Of a stretch of DNA of 64,000 nt, positions 49,365 through 63,422 are shown in pieces. This stretch comes from Rhynchobatus australiae. Its lineage: Eukaryota. Both the position numbers and the translations under genes were made by a program. The stretch covers positions 71,080,604-71,144,603 of the forward strand of contig JAUZTB010000118.1 of assembly GCA_034780895.1 (NCBI GenBank), given 5' to 3'. Positions within the stretch are counted from its first letter, which is position 1, and each line of letters starts with the position of its first letter. Under the pieces are notes generated by a model, which saw only the letters and a list, made by a program, of their open reading frames with translations, was not told where the DNA came from and made no database searches.

Positions 49365-50135
49365 GTGACAAGCCAACCAGATTTGCATACTGCTGTTGCT
49401 CTGTGGCTGCACAATTTAGTAGGCAGCTCACCCAATGTTTTGTGTTGTAGGTCCAGGCCGTAGGCATGGATAGGCAGGTGTCAGAAGGAAATCCTGAGGA
49501 AGAGGAGGTAGAGGATCAACATCAGCCACACTGAGTAGGTAAAGGATCTTGGAACACAACTGAGGAAGAGGGCATCCTCTGGACATAATCCAGGAACATT
49601 TAATTGTCCCATGATTTTCCTGTCTACCCCACTCCACAGTTCCACCATTGTGGAATTAACTGCTCAGACAAAAATCTGCTGATTTTCCCTCTCAATGGAC
49701 AAGGGACCTTCTCTGCACGGAATAATTTTAAACAAAATAAATGAAACAGTGAGTTTTGTGAACCTTTTCACCTCTGAAATCTGTCATTATCATTTGAGGA
49801 AGTATTATTATGACAGTATAATGGGAGGAAAGCCATAACATAGGATCACCCTACAAAAGAGTCTGTCCGAGTGTGCTTGGGCATGAGAATGTCTATTTGT
49901 ATGTTTCTGAGCAATGCAGCTGAAGCCTGGATTTGTGGAGCAGGTGAAGGGTTAGCACTCTCACCTTGATTCACCTCGTGAGGTCATGATACTTTTCTCA
50001 ATGTTGCTCCATACTGCGTGGATTTTCACATGCTCGAAAGCTCAGCTTCCACTTCCTGCCACTCTCTTGGTTACAGCTCAGGAAGGCCCCCTGGCCCACC
50101 AGGAACACTGTACCAGCCTCCCAGCTTGGATTTTG
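49365..50135. mobile_element. Second Harbinger fossil: transposase C-terminus (+) convergent with a Myb/SANT exon (-)
   Basis: Plus strand: HTAVALWLHNLV followed by acidic EEEVEDQ. Minus strand: REWQEVE ... PRSMEQHxEKYHDLTRxIK|gtgag (donor at 49960-49964). Confidence 0.6.
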
Positions 50136-50829
50136 TCTGCCAGGAATCCAGGTTATGATTAGTCATCTAGAGGGTGCGGAGGAAAGGGAAAGGCATGGAC
50201 TTTTCCCGGTGCTAGCTTTCCATCAGCCATTCAGATACTGCAGCTGTGATGTGACACCAGGAAGAGGGTCCAGGAAAGGACAACGGCCCTGAGGTATTTA
50301 CCACACAGTTAGGTGCCAACATCATGCAAAATCCAAGCAGGGTGTATTGGATTTGTGCTGACTCCTTTATGTGGAAGCATTGCAAAGAACAGAACAAATT
50401 GCTGAATAATTAAAACTATTACCCACTGCAACCACCAGATGGCATTTGTGTTTTTTTTAAAATTTAGATAGAATTAGTAGATGCTAAGTAGAGAATGCCT
50501 CCTGGGGCAGTGTCGAGGAAAGAACTACTCAAGACAAAGGATCCAAGCACACCAAAACTCGTTCACCAGATGCACAGACACTCATAGATATGTGATGTAG
50601 TTATTTTTGATTTAAGTGTCCTGTCATTGTCATGGTCAGTTTTTGGTCTTCTGTAGCCCAACCACAGCATATTGGAAATAAAAAGATGAAATAATAACAA
50701 TTATCTTTGTGGAAGAACTACCATACTTTCTCTTATCACTCACTTATCACACACTCATTGAAGTTCTTGACTGCCCAAGGTGAATGCAATGAAGTATTTT
50801 TTAAGCCAAGAAGTACATTCCATTTTAAA

Positions 50830-51165
50830 GCCATAAGGCCAAAAGACATGAGAGCAGAATTGGGCCATTCAGCCCATCAAGTCTGCTCTGCCATTCAATC
50901 ATGGTATTTTTTAAACCTCATTCTCCTGCCTTCTCCATGTAACCCTTTACCAATCAAGAACCTATCAATCTCTGCCTTAAATACACCTGATGACTTGGCC
51001 TCCACCGCCCTCTATGGCAACGAATTCCACAGTGTCACCACCCTTGGCTAAAGAAATTCATCTTCATCTCAGTTTTAAAGGGACATTCCTTTATTCTGAG
51101 GTTGTGCCTTTGGTTCTAAGGGGAACATCCTCTCCACATCCACTCCATCCAGGCCTTTCAGTATT
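50830..51165 (-). mobile_element. CR1 LINE 3' end, relatively young
   Basis: Closely similar to 61441-61750. Minus strand: VVTLWNSLP.RAVEAKSSGVFKAEIDRFLIGKG. Confidence 0.9.
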
Positions 51166-51984
51166 CAAATATGATCTTATAATCATATAGTGATATTTAT
51201 AATTATAACCGATATGACTTTATGACTTTCAGATCTAATAATGAACTCTAGCTTCCCCCCCCCCATACAAAACCCCATCTAATTCAGTTAATAAAGATAC
51301 CTTCAGTACTGATCCCAATCAAGCAGAGGATAAGCATTGGCAATTTGAAAAATGCAAAAATGAGTTGATTGCAGATTTTGAAACATATAAAACGGAGGAC
51401 TTCTGATTTCTGCACCAAAAACTGACAGTGATTTTTCTTCATTCAGAATAATTTGTTTCCTACAAGAGGAAAATGGCATTTTATCAATCCATGTTACCAG
51501 CTTGAAAATAACCAAAGGCCACTGGAAAATGCCCATTTCAAAAATTATTAGTATCATGAAGAAGTCCATTCACCTTCTTAAATATAAAGGATAAGATAAT
51601 GTGGAATTGTTGGTATTTGTGGAAGACCCCAACTTGTCACTGAATATATCAGAAAACTGTTGGGAATATTCTGAAGTAACACAATAGGGAAGGCAGCAAC
51701 ATGAACAAACAGAGTGCAAAGTGAGATGCCAATGTATTTACAGCTATCCTGGATATGAAGATTAATTGACTCAATACAAGGTTAAAAATGAAGAACCATT
51801 GTGTAAGATAATGTGTACTAATGTCGGCACTTGTGAAAAAGTCTAACCATCACTTGAAAGAGCCAAGACCGGAGCTGGGTGCAGAGAAGGAGAAAGGAAG
51901 AAGTAATAAAGAGTAAATGCTGCATGAAATAAAAATCTTTACCTTCNNNNNNNNNNAAAAGTTGTTCAACTAAATATATAATAC

Positions 51985-52142
51985 AAAGGTAAACTGCTGG
52001 AAACATTCAGCAGGTCTTTGCAGCATCTGTGGAAAGAAAAACAGAATTAATGTTTCAGGTCAAAGACCTTTCATCAACTACTGCTTGACCTGCTGAATAT
52101 GTTTATTTCAGATTTCCAGCATCTAGAGTTTTTTTGATTTTC
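51985..52142. mobile_element. Penelope-type palindromic element, older variant
   Basis: ctgctggaaacattcagcaggtctttgcagcatctgtgga ... gacctttcatca ... ctgcttgacctgctgaatat ... tttccagcatct. Confidence 0.7.
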
Positions 52143-53629
52143 ATCAACCAAATATGTTACAGTTCTGGAATATTGAGCCAGTTGTTGTGGCTCAGATGGA
52201 TTTTCTAAATAGTTTCTTTTAAAAGTCAAATTCTGATTATGCCTTAAATTTGATTGATTTTTAGATGAGTCAAGCGCCCATCTTATTCTTCCAAAGGGCA
52301 AGGACACTGCTAGATTAAAAATGAGCACCCCGAACACATATTTGCTTTCAACTGATTAGATATTAATCGTTTAAATTATTGTTGCAATAGTTAGATTAGT
52401 AATTTGTCAATGAATTGCTCACCGTCTAGCTGACTTCTTCAAAACAAGATGTATATTGACAGAATTTAAATCAAGATTATTAATGCAGCTGAGAAAGAAT
52501 CTTCCTGGTACTGCACTGCAACCTCTTTGCAGTGAATAACATTTCAATTTTCAAAGTGTTCCTGAATTCTTTATAAAAATTATTGAATTTCATGTTATTT
52601 TCATGTTTCAGTTTTGCAATAAAAAACCTGGAATATAATCTCTCTTTTTTTGTGAATAGTGCTAGCACATGACTGCAGGTCAGGTCTCTTCATTGATCCA
52701 ATACTTAGTTCATGTGAACGACTAATTTAGACCTTGGGATGCTTGAAATACAATATGAAAATTTCAGAACTCCAAGTTATTTATCAGCGAGGGAGCCTAA
52801 TCCCTCAGCCCTATACATAGTTTTAAATAGGTCCAGGAGAACTTCAAATTACAGAATCAGATAGTAATAAAACCAATGAATTGTGGCTTGGTTTTACAAA
52901 ATAATAAATCATCTTCTTGTTGTAGACCAATTGTAATCAGGCTAGCAAAAAGTTGCTTTCTATCAGTTTACTGATTACACAATTAATTTTGATATTTTGT
53001 TCGCTCGAGTGCTGAAGAAGTATAATGGCACGTTTCTCATTTAAACCACTGAAATAACTTCTTAAAACCTATTCCAACAATATTTCTGTAACCCCTAAAC
53101 TCAGAAGAGCATTTCTTAATGAACTAGATCCAGTAATTCATAATAGTAATTTTTGTGATGTCCCATGGTTAGCCAAGTTAAGATTGCTCAACCTCTTTGT
53201 ATTAACCAAACTAGGTTAAATCATGAACCAAAGGCTTAAAGAACACCACAGGCCAAGGAACAGGTTAAGTCCTCCTTAATGAACATGTCACAGTGGACAT
53301 GATAATTGTTGCAAATTCCTATACAATCTTCACACACATGGCATGTTGCAAAAATTAGACAGTATTGAAATTGCTGTAAGTTTCAATTCAAATCCCGACA
53401 TCCTATTATCATTTTTTTTAAAATCAGAAACTTATAATAGCTGGCTGCACCACATCCTAAAATTTATTTACAATTTTATTATCATGAAAAGATTACTAAT
53501 CTATTTATTTCACAAAATTATACTTCATGCTTTCAATGCATCATTATTAAAAACACGTAACCACTGGCACTTTATCAGACCATTTGTCAGGAAGAAGAGA
53601 AACGCGGAAAGGGAATACAAAATGCTGCT

Positions 53630-54330
53630 GTACAGGAGGATCTGGATATCTTTGTTTATGAACCACATAGTTAGGTGCAGATAAAGAAAGTAATTAGGCA
53701 GGAAAATGGAATGTTGACCTTTATTGCAAAAGGGATTCAATATAAAAACAACGAACTATTGCTACAACTGCGCAGATCGCTGCACTGCCACATCTGGGGA
53801 ACTGCATGGAATCTTAGTCACCCTCCTTAAAGGGGAATACATTTGTATTGCAGGCAGTACTGAGGTAATTGACCAGGATTATTCCTGGGATAAAGGAGTT
53901 GTCCTGTGAGGAAAGGTTGAGCTGGTTAAGCCTATTCTCATTGGAGTCAAGAATGAAAGGTGGTCTTATCGATGCATTTAAGATACTGAGGGGGCTCAAG
54001 AAGATAGCTGCCAAGAAGATGCCTTCTCTCATGGGGGAGGAAAATCTAGAAATTGGGGAGGCGCTTTCAGAATAATGGCTATCTGAGAGTCGCGATTCTT
54101 TAGAATCCTCTCTCCCAGAGAATTGTAGCAGCTGAATTGTTGAATATCCAAAGTTGAGAGATCTGCAGACTGACAAATTTTTTGTTCTGTAGGAGAGTAA
54201 AGGCTAGTAGAGAACTGGCCAACACTGAGCTGATGCCAAGATCAGCTCAATCTTGGACTTAGTCACTGGCAGAGCAGGCTCAAAAGGGAGAATGGTCTTC
54301 TTCTGTTCAATTTTTCTCACGCTTTTACAA
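53630..54330 (+). mobile_element. Decayed CR1 3' region
   Basis: TRIIPGIKELSCEERLSWLSLFSLESRMKGGLIDAFKILRGL, with tail ggcagagcaggctcaaaagggagaatggtcttcttctgttc. Confidence 0.85.
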
Positions 54331-54853
54331 CATGCCCCAAGTTAGGGATAAAAGTTCTGGGAAGCCGCACTGTGAAGCGACCCTTTTTCCAAAAAAAATA
54401 ATACGCAGCTACAGTCAAAGTAGTACAGAAATTTCATAGACCCACCAGTGTGCCCTGACATCAGTCAAAACAATACATGAACTCACACCAACATCTTTCA
54501 TGTCTGGGACACAGCTCAGCCACAGCTAGCCTACTGTGTATAGTCTGGTCTCCACCACACCAGAAGCACAAGACAGCAGTAGGCAGGACACAGAGGAGNN
54601 NNNNNNNNNNNNNNNNNNNNNNNNNNNNNNNNNNNNNNNNNNNNNNNNNNNNNNNNNNNNNNNNNNNNNNNNNNNNNNNNNNNNNNNNNNNNNNNNNNAT
54701 CTGCATGGAAGTTGCATGGTCTGGAGAACTGTAGTTATGAGGAGAGACTCATACCTAATTCCTTTAGCAAAGAAGACAGAGAACAGATTTGTAAATACAA
54801 TAAAACTCTGATCATCCACTATTTGACTAGCTGGAAATCCCAGGTAATATTTG

Positions 54854-55107
54854 CTGCACTCCCCTTCAGTTCACCTGGGTCCCTGTTCCCGCACTCCCCT
54901 TGAATTCACCTGGGCCCCTGTTCCTGCACTCCCCTTCAATTCATCTGGGCCCCTAATTCCACACTTCCCTTCACCTACCAGGGCCCCTGTTCCCATGCTC
55001 CACTTCACCAACCAGGACCAACTAAAAGGCTCCTTTTCAATTCATCAGGGCCCCAGTTCCCGCACACCTTTAACCTCACCAGGGCTCCATTTCCTGCACT
55101 CCCTTTA
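54854..55107. repeat. Minisatellite, about 35-bp unit, roughly 7 degenerating copies
   Basis: Unit ctgcactccccttcaattcacctgggcccctgttc. Copies start at 54854, 54889 and 54924, with decaying copies after. Confidence 0.85.
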
Positions 55108-56859
55108 AACAGGAAAAATTATTACAATACCATGTAACATCTAAAAAAAAGAATTCAAAGCATCTTGGGCTATTTGTAGGGAATAACATCTAATACTCCA
55201 GAAAATTTGCCAGTTTGCCACCACCAAAGTCCCAAGCATATCAGATTATCAGAGTTATAATGTAATTGACTGAAGGGTTACAGGAGAGTTGAAGATTTTC
55301 TTTCCACTTACTGCATTAGCAAATTACCTAAATTGACCACTTAAACAGCTGTAATCTGTGAGGGTACAGACAAATTGAGAAATGGGATTAATTTAACTTT
55401 TACTTTTGGCTACCTCAGGCTCAGTTGGGCTGAATGGCCTCTTTTTGGTGACATACATTTCCATGATTATGTAATAATGTGCAATGGAGGCAAAACTTTA
55501 CATTCAACACCAAAGGTTTCAAACAACAATAAATCTCCGTGAATTTTTGCAGATTTTTCTTCTTTTCCAGTTAAGCCTTCGAAAAGGGTTTTAATACCAG
55601 GAAGTGCAAAAAGTTTGCTGAATTAAATAAAATTAATGTTACAAATGAAGATGCAGAAGCGATAAAGAACAGTGCATTGAAAAGCATAATTCCTCAAAGA
55701 CCAATTTTTTTAAAATTGGATTTGATCTGGTGAAAAATTATAGAGTTTTCAGAATGAAAACAGTGATATTATATAGCACAGTTAATCTATCAAAATTACA
55801 TGAATACCACAGATCATCACCTCCAAAGATCATTACAATGCTAAAAGCATATGAAACTAACTATTAGTTTCCTTGAAGGATTTAATGAACATGTTTTTCA
55901 GAAATCAAAAATATAGTTGACTTCTTTTGATACACAGAACTGCACAAGTAATCCTACTTTATTTTTTGCATATAAACATTTCAGCTAGATTCTCTGGTCA
56001 TATATTGTTTGTCACCAGTGACAAGGCTACATTCTATCAGCTATCATTTGGACCAATCCTCCTAAAGCCATCTTTTCTATGAAGTCTGTTACAGCATTTC
56101 TAGCTCCATAAAATGTACATGCCATTGTACATCAAGCCTCTGTTTCCTTCCTTGCATGGACAGTCCAAAGCAGTTTTCCTGATCTCTTTCAACTTGAAAT
56201 GTTGTCAATATATAGATTGTCCAGCTTTCTAATTCAGTGAAAAATCTAGTTTTCCATTAGTCTCTGCCTTTCTAATTTTCAGTACAGCTTTACTAGGTGT
56301 AATTATTAAAGGCAGATTCAAGAAAGCAATTACTCAGCTACTGGCTTGTATCTTCGAGGTCTTAATAAGCAGCAAAAAGTTGCTCTGAGACAACCAAGAG
56401 GAGGGCAGAAATAAGGTTCATTTGGAAGCTGAATGAATAGTACTTTGAAACTGATAAGTAGTTGCTGGACTTCCTCAAAAAAATTTTAAATAACAGATGC
56501 AATTCAGAAATAAAAGGAGTTCAAAATACAACTTCACTGTTAAAAACGATTTAAAAACATGCATGCTTTTCTTTGAATTTGATAGTAAAATTTGAATTGT
56601 AGCAAAAGGCTTTACAAGACATACAAATCCACTAATTTGATGATATTATAATGGTACTTTGGCATACTCCCTACTCAATATAAATATTTTTGAATTTAAG
56701 ACTTACTGCATCATTTTACTCACATACATTGCTATCACCTTGAAAGTGCAGATGATTTTTTCTGTTTTCGCTTCCTCCTACAAAAGGACAAGCTTATAAA
56801 GCACTATATTTTTTCATATTTGCATCTTGTTCCTTACAGCAGTTGGAAACTGTATTGGG

Positions 56860-57470
56860 ATGTGGATCTATGTGACCCATTATCAATAGGAACAGCAGTA
56901 GCCAATTCAGAACCACACACTGTTCAGCCAAACAGTGAAGTCATGCCAGATCTGTGCTTTAACTTCATCCACTTGCCTTACTTCTGTAAGTTTTAGAAAC
57001 ATCAATTGTAGTTTTGAAATCTTCAGCTGATCTTGGCTCAATAGTTTTTTATGTGGAGGGGGACAATTGGTGAGTGGAGACCATATCAAATAACTACTTT
57101 GAAGGGCAATCCAACATCACTTTCAAAAAGGCTCAAATTTTAAGGTCTTGTTCCGGATTCTCCCACATATGCAATCCATAAAGATCTATATTCATCCTAA
57201 AATGCATTATTCAGAATGTCCCCTTAATCTTTTGTAATGAAGGAAATACAAGCCTATTTTATGAAAACAGTCCTCATAAGTGCAATTCTTTTAGCCCTCA
57301 TATCTTTTTGGTAAATCTGCCCTGCATCCCTCCAATCCAATACATCCTTCCTGAAACATGGTCCCCATTAACCCACATGTGGTTCAACTGCCTTGATAAA
57401 GAGCTTCAAATATAACTTCCACAACCTTAAATTTCTGTCTCCTTGAGACAGACGCCAGATCAACTGTGGG
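56860..57470 (-). mobile_element. Decayed CR1 3' region
   Basis: Reverse complement resembles Y.ER..LGL.SL...LRGD and the CR1 tail (ataggaacagcagtagccaattcag). Confidence 0.55.
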
Positions 57471-58429
57471 ACCAAACCAGAAATGTTCCTGGCTAGCCTC
57501 TTGAATTATATTGTCTCCTCTTCTACATTTTCAAATCAGACTTGATGATGTCTGGGCCTGCTAATATTGTTCAAATCCAAAAATTTTGATGATTTATATA
57601 CAAACTCATAAACCAGTGGTTGAAGGATGGAAAATGGTGATCTATGCAAGACCTCTGAATGCAACAGGCTTTGGAAGATTCTTCCACTGTTGTTCCGTAC
57701 TTCATCAGGTTTTATTTAGGACAAAGTCTCCCAAGTGTTCACTTACTTGGTGCTAGCTCCTAAAATACCCCAAGGCTATATTCTTAGCTCATTTTGAACA
57801 AACTAAGATAACATTCAAGCCAGGTGGAAAAGTAAAATGGTTTATTCATTCAAAAGATACGAAGCTAAAGGCTAAAAATAATTAATCATAATCTTAGTGA
57901 AAGTATGCCTGCTGTACCTAATTGAAATTATGTAGCACAATTAGAAAATCTAAGATAGCAAAAATATGCCAATTCTCTTAAAACAAAATAAAGTCATAGT
58001 TCTGATAATATCTCAAGGTGATATATAAAAAGACATCATGAGAGGATACAATCAAATTCTGATATGTTGAGATTTCACATGCTTGGAGTGTTTACTATTT
58101 ACATCACAACTTATCCTGTAATACTAGTACCTGCACTGTGACTGGGATGAAATGGTTGTGCAAATTCAAAATCAGAGTAATTTGTCAACACTGCACATAT
58201 GAGATTGCGATCGGCAACAGAAAAATGGAAATGATCTCAGTACTGATATCGTTGTCAACACCTTTTACCTTGAAATCTCTAAGTAGAGAAATTAATTGGT
58301 ACAGGTACGTGTTCACTTTTAAAATGCATCATTACATTGTTCACAAAAATGGCTATGCTGCATAATTAATATCCTTTTCTTCCACAGTGAAATGTCCATT
58401 AATTTTATCTTTTATAATGTTTGAGTCAT

Positions 58430-58810
58430 TTTATGATTGAGTCAGAGGTAGGAAGAGTGAAGAAAGGTTGAAGGTGCAGACAAGAAGCGTGTTAGAAAGT
58501 TTTTGAAGACACGTAGCGGAGAAATGGTGTAGTTTGAATATTCATAGCCACAAAAGAGAATCTCCTAGAGTGGATGGATTGCATGATTGGCAATAATCTG
58601 TTGCTAGAGCTGGAAGTTATGGTGGGTGGGTCAGTGGGTCAGTGGGTCAGTACGTGCATGGCTTGAAGACTTGAGGAGTTTACAAATATAAAGTGGCATA
58701 ACCAAAGAGGTATTTAAATAGGATGAACTTGGATTTGGGTAGGGATTAATGGGTATGCAGTGCTTTATGAGGAGCTGATGTGGAGTTTTTTTTAAAAAAA
58801 AGGTCTGGTA
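58430..58810 (-). mobile_element. Decayed L2-type LINE fragment
   Basis: Purine-rich plus strand (ttgagtcagaggtaggaagagtgaagaaaggttgaagg) typical of antisense L2 linker regions. No intact motif. Confidence 0.35.
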
Positions 58811-59128
58811 CGGTAGCCACAAAATATAAAGAAATTTATCCTATTTGTAATTAATTCATAATTTGTATTGAACTATTTACCTCATGGTTGAAGTTAAAAC
58901 AAAGTGATGAACAAGAATATTAATTCAACTGAGGCCAAATGTTGCAGAGGATAGCCAAACCACAATCCAATTCCCAACAGTAATTAGGTACTCACCTTTC
59001 TCCACCATGCCAAAGTATGTCACACTTTTGTTCCTCCCTCCCCACTCCTCCCAACACCACTACAACCCCCATCAAAACCACAATACCATGCAGCTTCTAC
59101 TCCTTTCTTTACTGTTTTTACTTCCTTG

Positions 59129-59170
59129 TCCATTACCATCAACTTTCTCTCCATTACCATCAACTTTCTC
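59129..59170. repeat. Perfect 21-bp tandem duplication
   Basis: tccattaccatcaactttctc x2 (59129-59149, 59150-59170). Confidence 0.9.
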
Positions 59171-61440
59171 TTTCCTTTGCTTCTTCATATGATCTATTCT
59201 CATATTGTAGGGTGCTGCTATAAACGTACTTTCATTCCTCAATATATGAAGAAATGTGCACTTCTCACAATCTCACCCTTTTGCTCCCATTCTACTGTTC
59301 CTTTATGTCCAAACACACCCAGGAGTCACTCTGGTTCCATCACTTACACTTAGCCCCTGTTTATTCTTCTCAAACATTTCTGCTTTTGCATGCATTCCTA
59401 TGCCATCTCTTTGCAGTTCCCCCATCTGGCCATCCCTTGCATTCTTTCCCTCCTCCGACATTGTCTTCCTTCTTCCAGTTTTCAAAGATCTGGACCAGAT
59501 GCTGGGGGGTGAACTGGTGATAAATGCCAGACTCAAGAATAGCAAGACAGAGTATGGGCAGTTACATCAGTTCGCGTCAGTACTTTGGGATGTTGATCAG
59601 CATAAAATACTGTTGACATGTACAGAGTGCCAAATCTAAGCTAAGCTGTTAACTGCTCTTTTCAAAAAGTGCTCTTTTGAATTAAATGGGAGCAAGTCAA
59701 TAGATTTTCATTTCACTGGGTAGTGAATACAAATGTCACTGATCCCAAAATGAGGCCATCTGAAGAAAAAGTTATCCACTGGCATGGTTTACTTATGATC
59801 CACTTTAACGCCAAAGAACTTTATTTGAAATTCCCCAAAAGTAAAATCTAAGCTCGCAGGCGGAACCTTTAATAAATGTATTTTGGAACACATTATTACA
59901 AGTTTCACAATCCAGGTAACATTTTTTGGACAACTTTTAATGAGTCATTTTTTGAATGATCTTGTTCCAGAATGTAATGAAAAAAGCTTACATTGAAATA
60001 AAGTATTGGTTAAAATAATGGAATATCTCATTGAATTCATTAAAAGGAAAACTTGTAACTGCCAACTGAGAAATAGTCTATTCACAAATGAAAATTTCCA
60101 GAAGCTGTGCCAAAGTCTGAAGGGAAAAAATTGGTTCAGGATGATATATCCTGCATTCATGTTTGCACACACACAACATATCAAAATAAATGAACTGTGA
60201 AAGAACCAGTCTATTTATTAACTCTTTTTTTCCCCTCTATACATAATCTACTTTCATCAGCTACTTTATCATAACCATTTGATCTTTAATGAAATTTATG
60301 CCTGGATACTCCCCAAATCCCAAAGATAAAATCAAACAAAGCTTCAGACATTCACATTTCCCACCATTAACCTTGACCTCTCAAACTGAACATGGGCACA
60401 ATTTTCAGGTGTAATTGAATTTTATTTTGCACTATTTTAATATCTGCTAAAGTATGCCCATCTTTCCATGCATAATTTGTCATAATCTGTCATAATCCTT
60501 GGTGGAAACTGAATATTTCTTGGATTGACAACTCCAATAGGAAACAAACTGTGGAACTCATAGCCTCCTTGATCAGATCTGTGTCTCCCCTTCTTAAATG
60601 ATTACTTCAACTCTACCATCCCACTTACTGTTGTGGACCCTTCCCAAAGGTGACTAGCTGTAATCACTGACCATCTTCTGCCGCTGTCAAATATTCACTC
60701 CTGCTCACCAGCCAGGGAGGAGATCTGGCTGGTGTCAGGTGGGATTCTGAGAACATTCCTGTCAATGCTGCCCTTCATTAGGTCCCACAAGGGGTTCAAC
60801 ACCTTCAGATTCTACAAGTATTTTGTTCACTCTCAGGCTCACGCTGTTCCCATGATTGGAACCAAACCATCAAGGAATGGCACCAGGAAAAGATTACAAA
60901 TTTAGCAGAGCTTCTAGAGAACATTAATAAGCATTTCAGTTGATCAGCAACTTTTTGCAAAGCAATTACAAAAATAACTAGGCTGTTCCAAGTTCTAGTG
61001 CAGCACTGTTTATGTAAACTTTAATCTTACATGGGCCTCTCTACATTTAGCAAATCTTAAGTAATTATTTGGCTAATCTGGTTGAACACTGCATAAATTC
61101 TATGATGCTTTTTTTACCTGCATCAGTACAATATGTACTTTAAATTCAAGTTACACTTATTCCCTTCTGTGCATTTACTGTACATGAGATTATGGTATTT
61201 TACCGTCCTTTGATATGTATCGAGTTTGTCCCAGTCATGATGGTAGAGTCTTATTAGCTTAATAGCTATATAAACAACCTGGTGTATTCAAATTGTATTT
61301 TTGTTTCTGCACTGAGTTACATGTGGTTGGGATGCTACTATTGATCCCATTGTCTTAGATCTGGGAAAGAAGTTGAAAAAGGAAAAAAAAAGACAACAAA
61401 GATTTCTGCTCCAGCTAGGTGTCCAACCAACTATCATCAG

Positions 61441-63422
61441 ACCATAAGACACAGGAGAAGAATTAGACCATTTGTCCCTTCAAGTCTGGTGCACCATTTG
61501 ATCACAGCTGATTTATTTTTTTCCTCTCAACCCCGTTCTCCTGCTGTCTCCCTGCAACTTTTGATGCCCTTGCTAATCAAGAACCTATCAACCTCCACTT
61601 TAAATATACCCAAAGACTTGGCCTCCACAGCTGTCTGTGGCAATGAATTCCACAGATTCACCACACTCTGGTTAAAGAAATTCCTCCTCGTCTCTGTTCC
61701 AAAGGGACGTCCTTCTATTCTGAGGCTGTGCCCTCTGGTCCTAGATTCTCCCAATATTGGACCCAAAAGATCACTGCCTTATAAAGCCTCAGCATTACAT
61801 CCTTGCTTTTATATTCTAGNNNNNNNNNNNNNNNNNNNNNNNNNNNNNNNNNNNNNNNNNNNNNNNNNNNNNNNNNNNNNNNNNNNNNNNNNNNNNNNNN
61901 NNNNNNNNNNNNNNNNNNNNNNNNNNNNNNNNNNNNNNNNNNNNNNNNNNNNNNNNNNNNNNNNNNNNNNNNNNNNNNNNNNNNNNNNNNNNNNNNNNNN
62001 NNNNNNNNNNNNNNNNNNNNNNNNNNNNNNNNNNNNNNNNNNNNNNNNNNNNNNNNNNNNNNNNNNNNNNNNNNNNNNNNNNNNNNNNNNNNNNNNNNNN
62101 NNNNNNNNNNNNNNNNNNNNNNNNNNNNNNNNNNNNNNNNNNNNNNNNNNNNNNNNNNNNNNNNNNNNNNNNNNNNNNNNNNNNNNNNNNNNNNNNNNNN
62201 NNNNNNNNNNNNNNNNNNNNNNNNNNNNNNNNNNNNNNNNNNNNNNNNNNNNNNNNNNNNNNNNNNNNNNNNNNNNNNNNNNNNNNNNNNNNNNNNNNNN
62301 NNNNNNNNNNNNNNNNNNNNNNNNNNNNNNNNNNNNNNNNNNNNNNNNNNNNNNNNNNNNNNNNNNNNNNNNNNNNNNNNNNNNNNNNNNNNNNNNNNNN
62401 NNNNNNNNNNNNNNNNNNNNNNNNNNNNNNNNNNNNNNNNNNNNNNNNNNNNNNNNNNNNNNNNNNNNNNNNNNNNNNNNNNNNNNNNNNNNNNNNNNNN
62501 NNNNNNNNNNNNNNNNNNNNNNNNNNNNNNNNNNNNNNNNNNNNNNNNNNNNNNNNNNNNNNNNNNNNNNNNNNNNNNNNNNNNNNNNNNNNNNNNNNNN
62601 NNNNNNNNNNNNNNNNNNNNNNNNNNNNNNNNNNNNNNNNNNNNNNNNNNNNNNNNNNNNNNNNNNNNNNNNNNNNNNNNNNNNNNNNNNNNNNNNNNNN
62701 NNNNNNNNNNNNNNNNNNNNNNNNNNNNNNNNNNNNNNNNNNNNNNNNNNNNNNNNNNNNNNNNNNNNNNNNNNNNNNNNNNNNNNNNNNNNNNNNNNNN
62801 NNNNNNNNNNNNNNNNCCTCCCTTCTTAAAGAGTGGAGTGACATTTGCAATTTTCCAGTCCTCCGGAACCATTCCTGACTCTAGTGATTCTTGGAAGATC
62901 ACTAATAATGCCTCCACAATCTCTTTAGCTACCTCCTTCAGAACCCTGGGCTGTAGTCCATCCAGTCCAGGTGATCTACCTTCAGACCTTTCAGTCTCCT
63001 AACCACCTTCTCCTTAGTAATAGCGCTGACACTCACTTCTGCCCCGACTCTCTTGAATTTCTGGCATTTTGCCGGTGTCTTCCACAGTGAAGACTAACGC
63101 AAAATACTTATTCAGTTCGTCCGCCATTTTATTGCTCCCTATTACTACCTCTCCAGCGTCATCTTCCAGCGGTCCGATGTCCACTCTTGCCTCTCTTTTA
63201 CTCTTTATATATCTGAAAAAACTTTTGATATCCTCTTTTATATTATTAGCTAGTTTACTTTCATATTTCAGCTTTTCTCCCCTTATTGCTTTTCTAGTGG
63301 CCTTCTGTTGGTTTTTAATAGCTTCCCAATCCTCTAGCTTCCCACTAATTTTTGCAATACTGTATGCCCTCTCTTTTGCTTTTATCCTGTCTTTGACTTC
63401 CCTTGTCAGCCACAGTTGCCTC
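61441..63422 (-). mobile_element. Young 5'-truncated CR1 LINE spanning a 997-N gap
   Basis: WLTREVKDRIKAKERAY...SFFRYIKSKREARVDIGPL...ELNKYFALVFT and ALLVIFQESLESGMVPEDWKIANVTPLFKKG, then the gap, then LEYKSKDVMLRLYKA, GESRTRGHSLRIEGRPFGTETRRNFFNQSVVNLWNSLP and the CR1 tail. Confidence 0.92.

Noticed and set aside
54854-55107. CRISPR-like array
   Set aside because: Eukaryotic context, head-to-tail units without spacers, and no cas genes.
58628-58651. (gtgggtca)3 repeat resembling nuclear-receptor half sites
   Set aside because: Most simply explained as slippage within a decayed LINE fragment.
60706-60734. Perfect 10-bp hairpin caccagccag-N9-ctggctggtg
   Set aside because: About one such short hairpin is expected by chance in 64 kb, and it is too short for a pre-miRNA.
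16025-63002. Long ORFs in the track that consist mostly of X (e.g. 16025-16558, 28154-28747, 61489-62829, 61803-63002)
   Set aside because: They are artefacts of N-filled assembly gaps.
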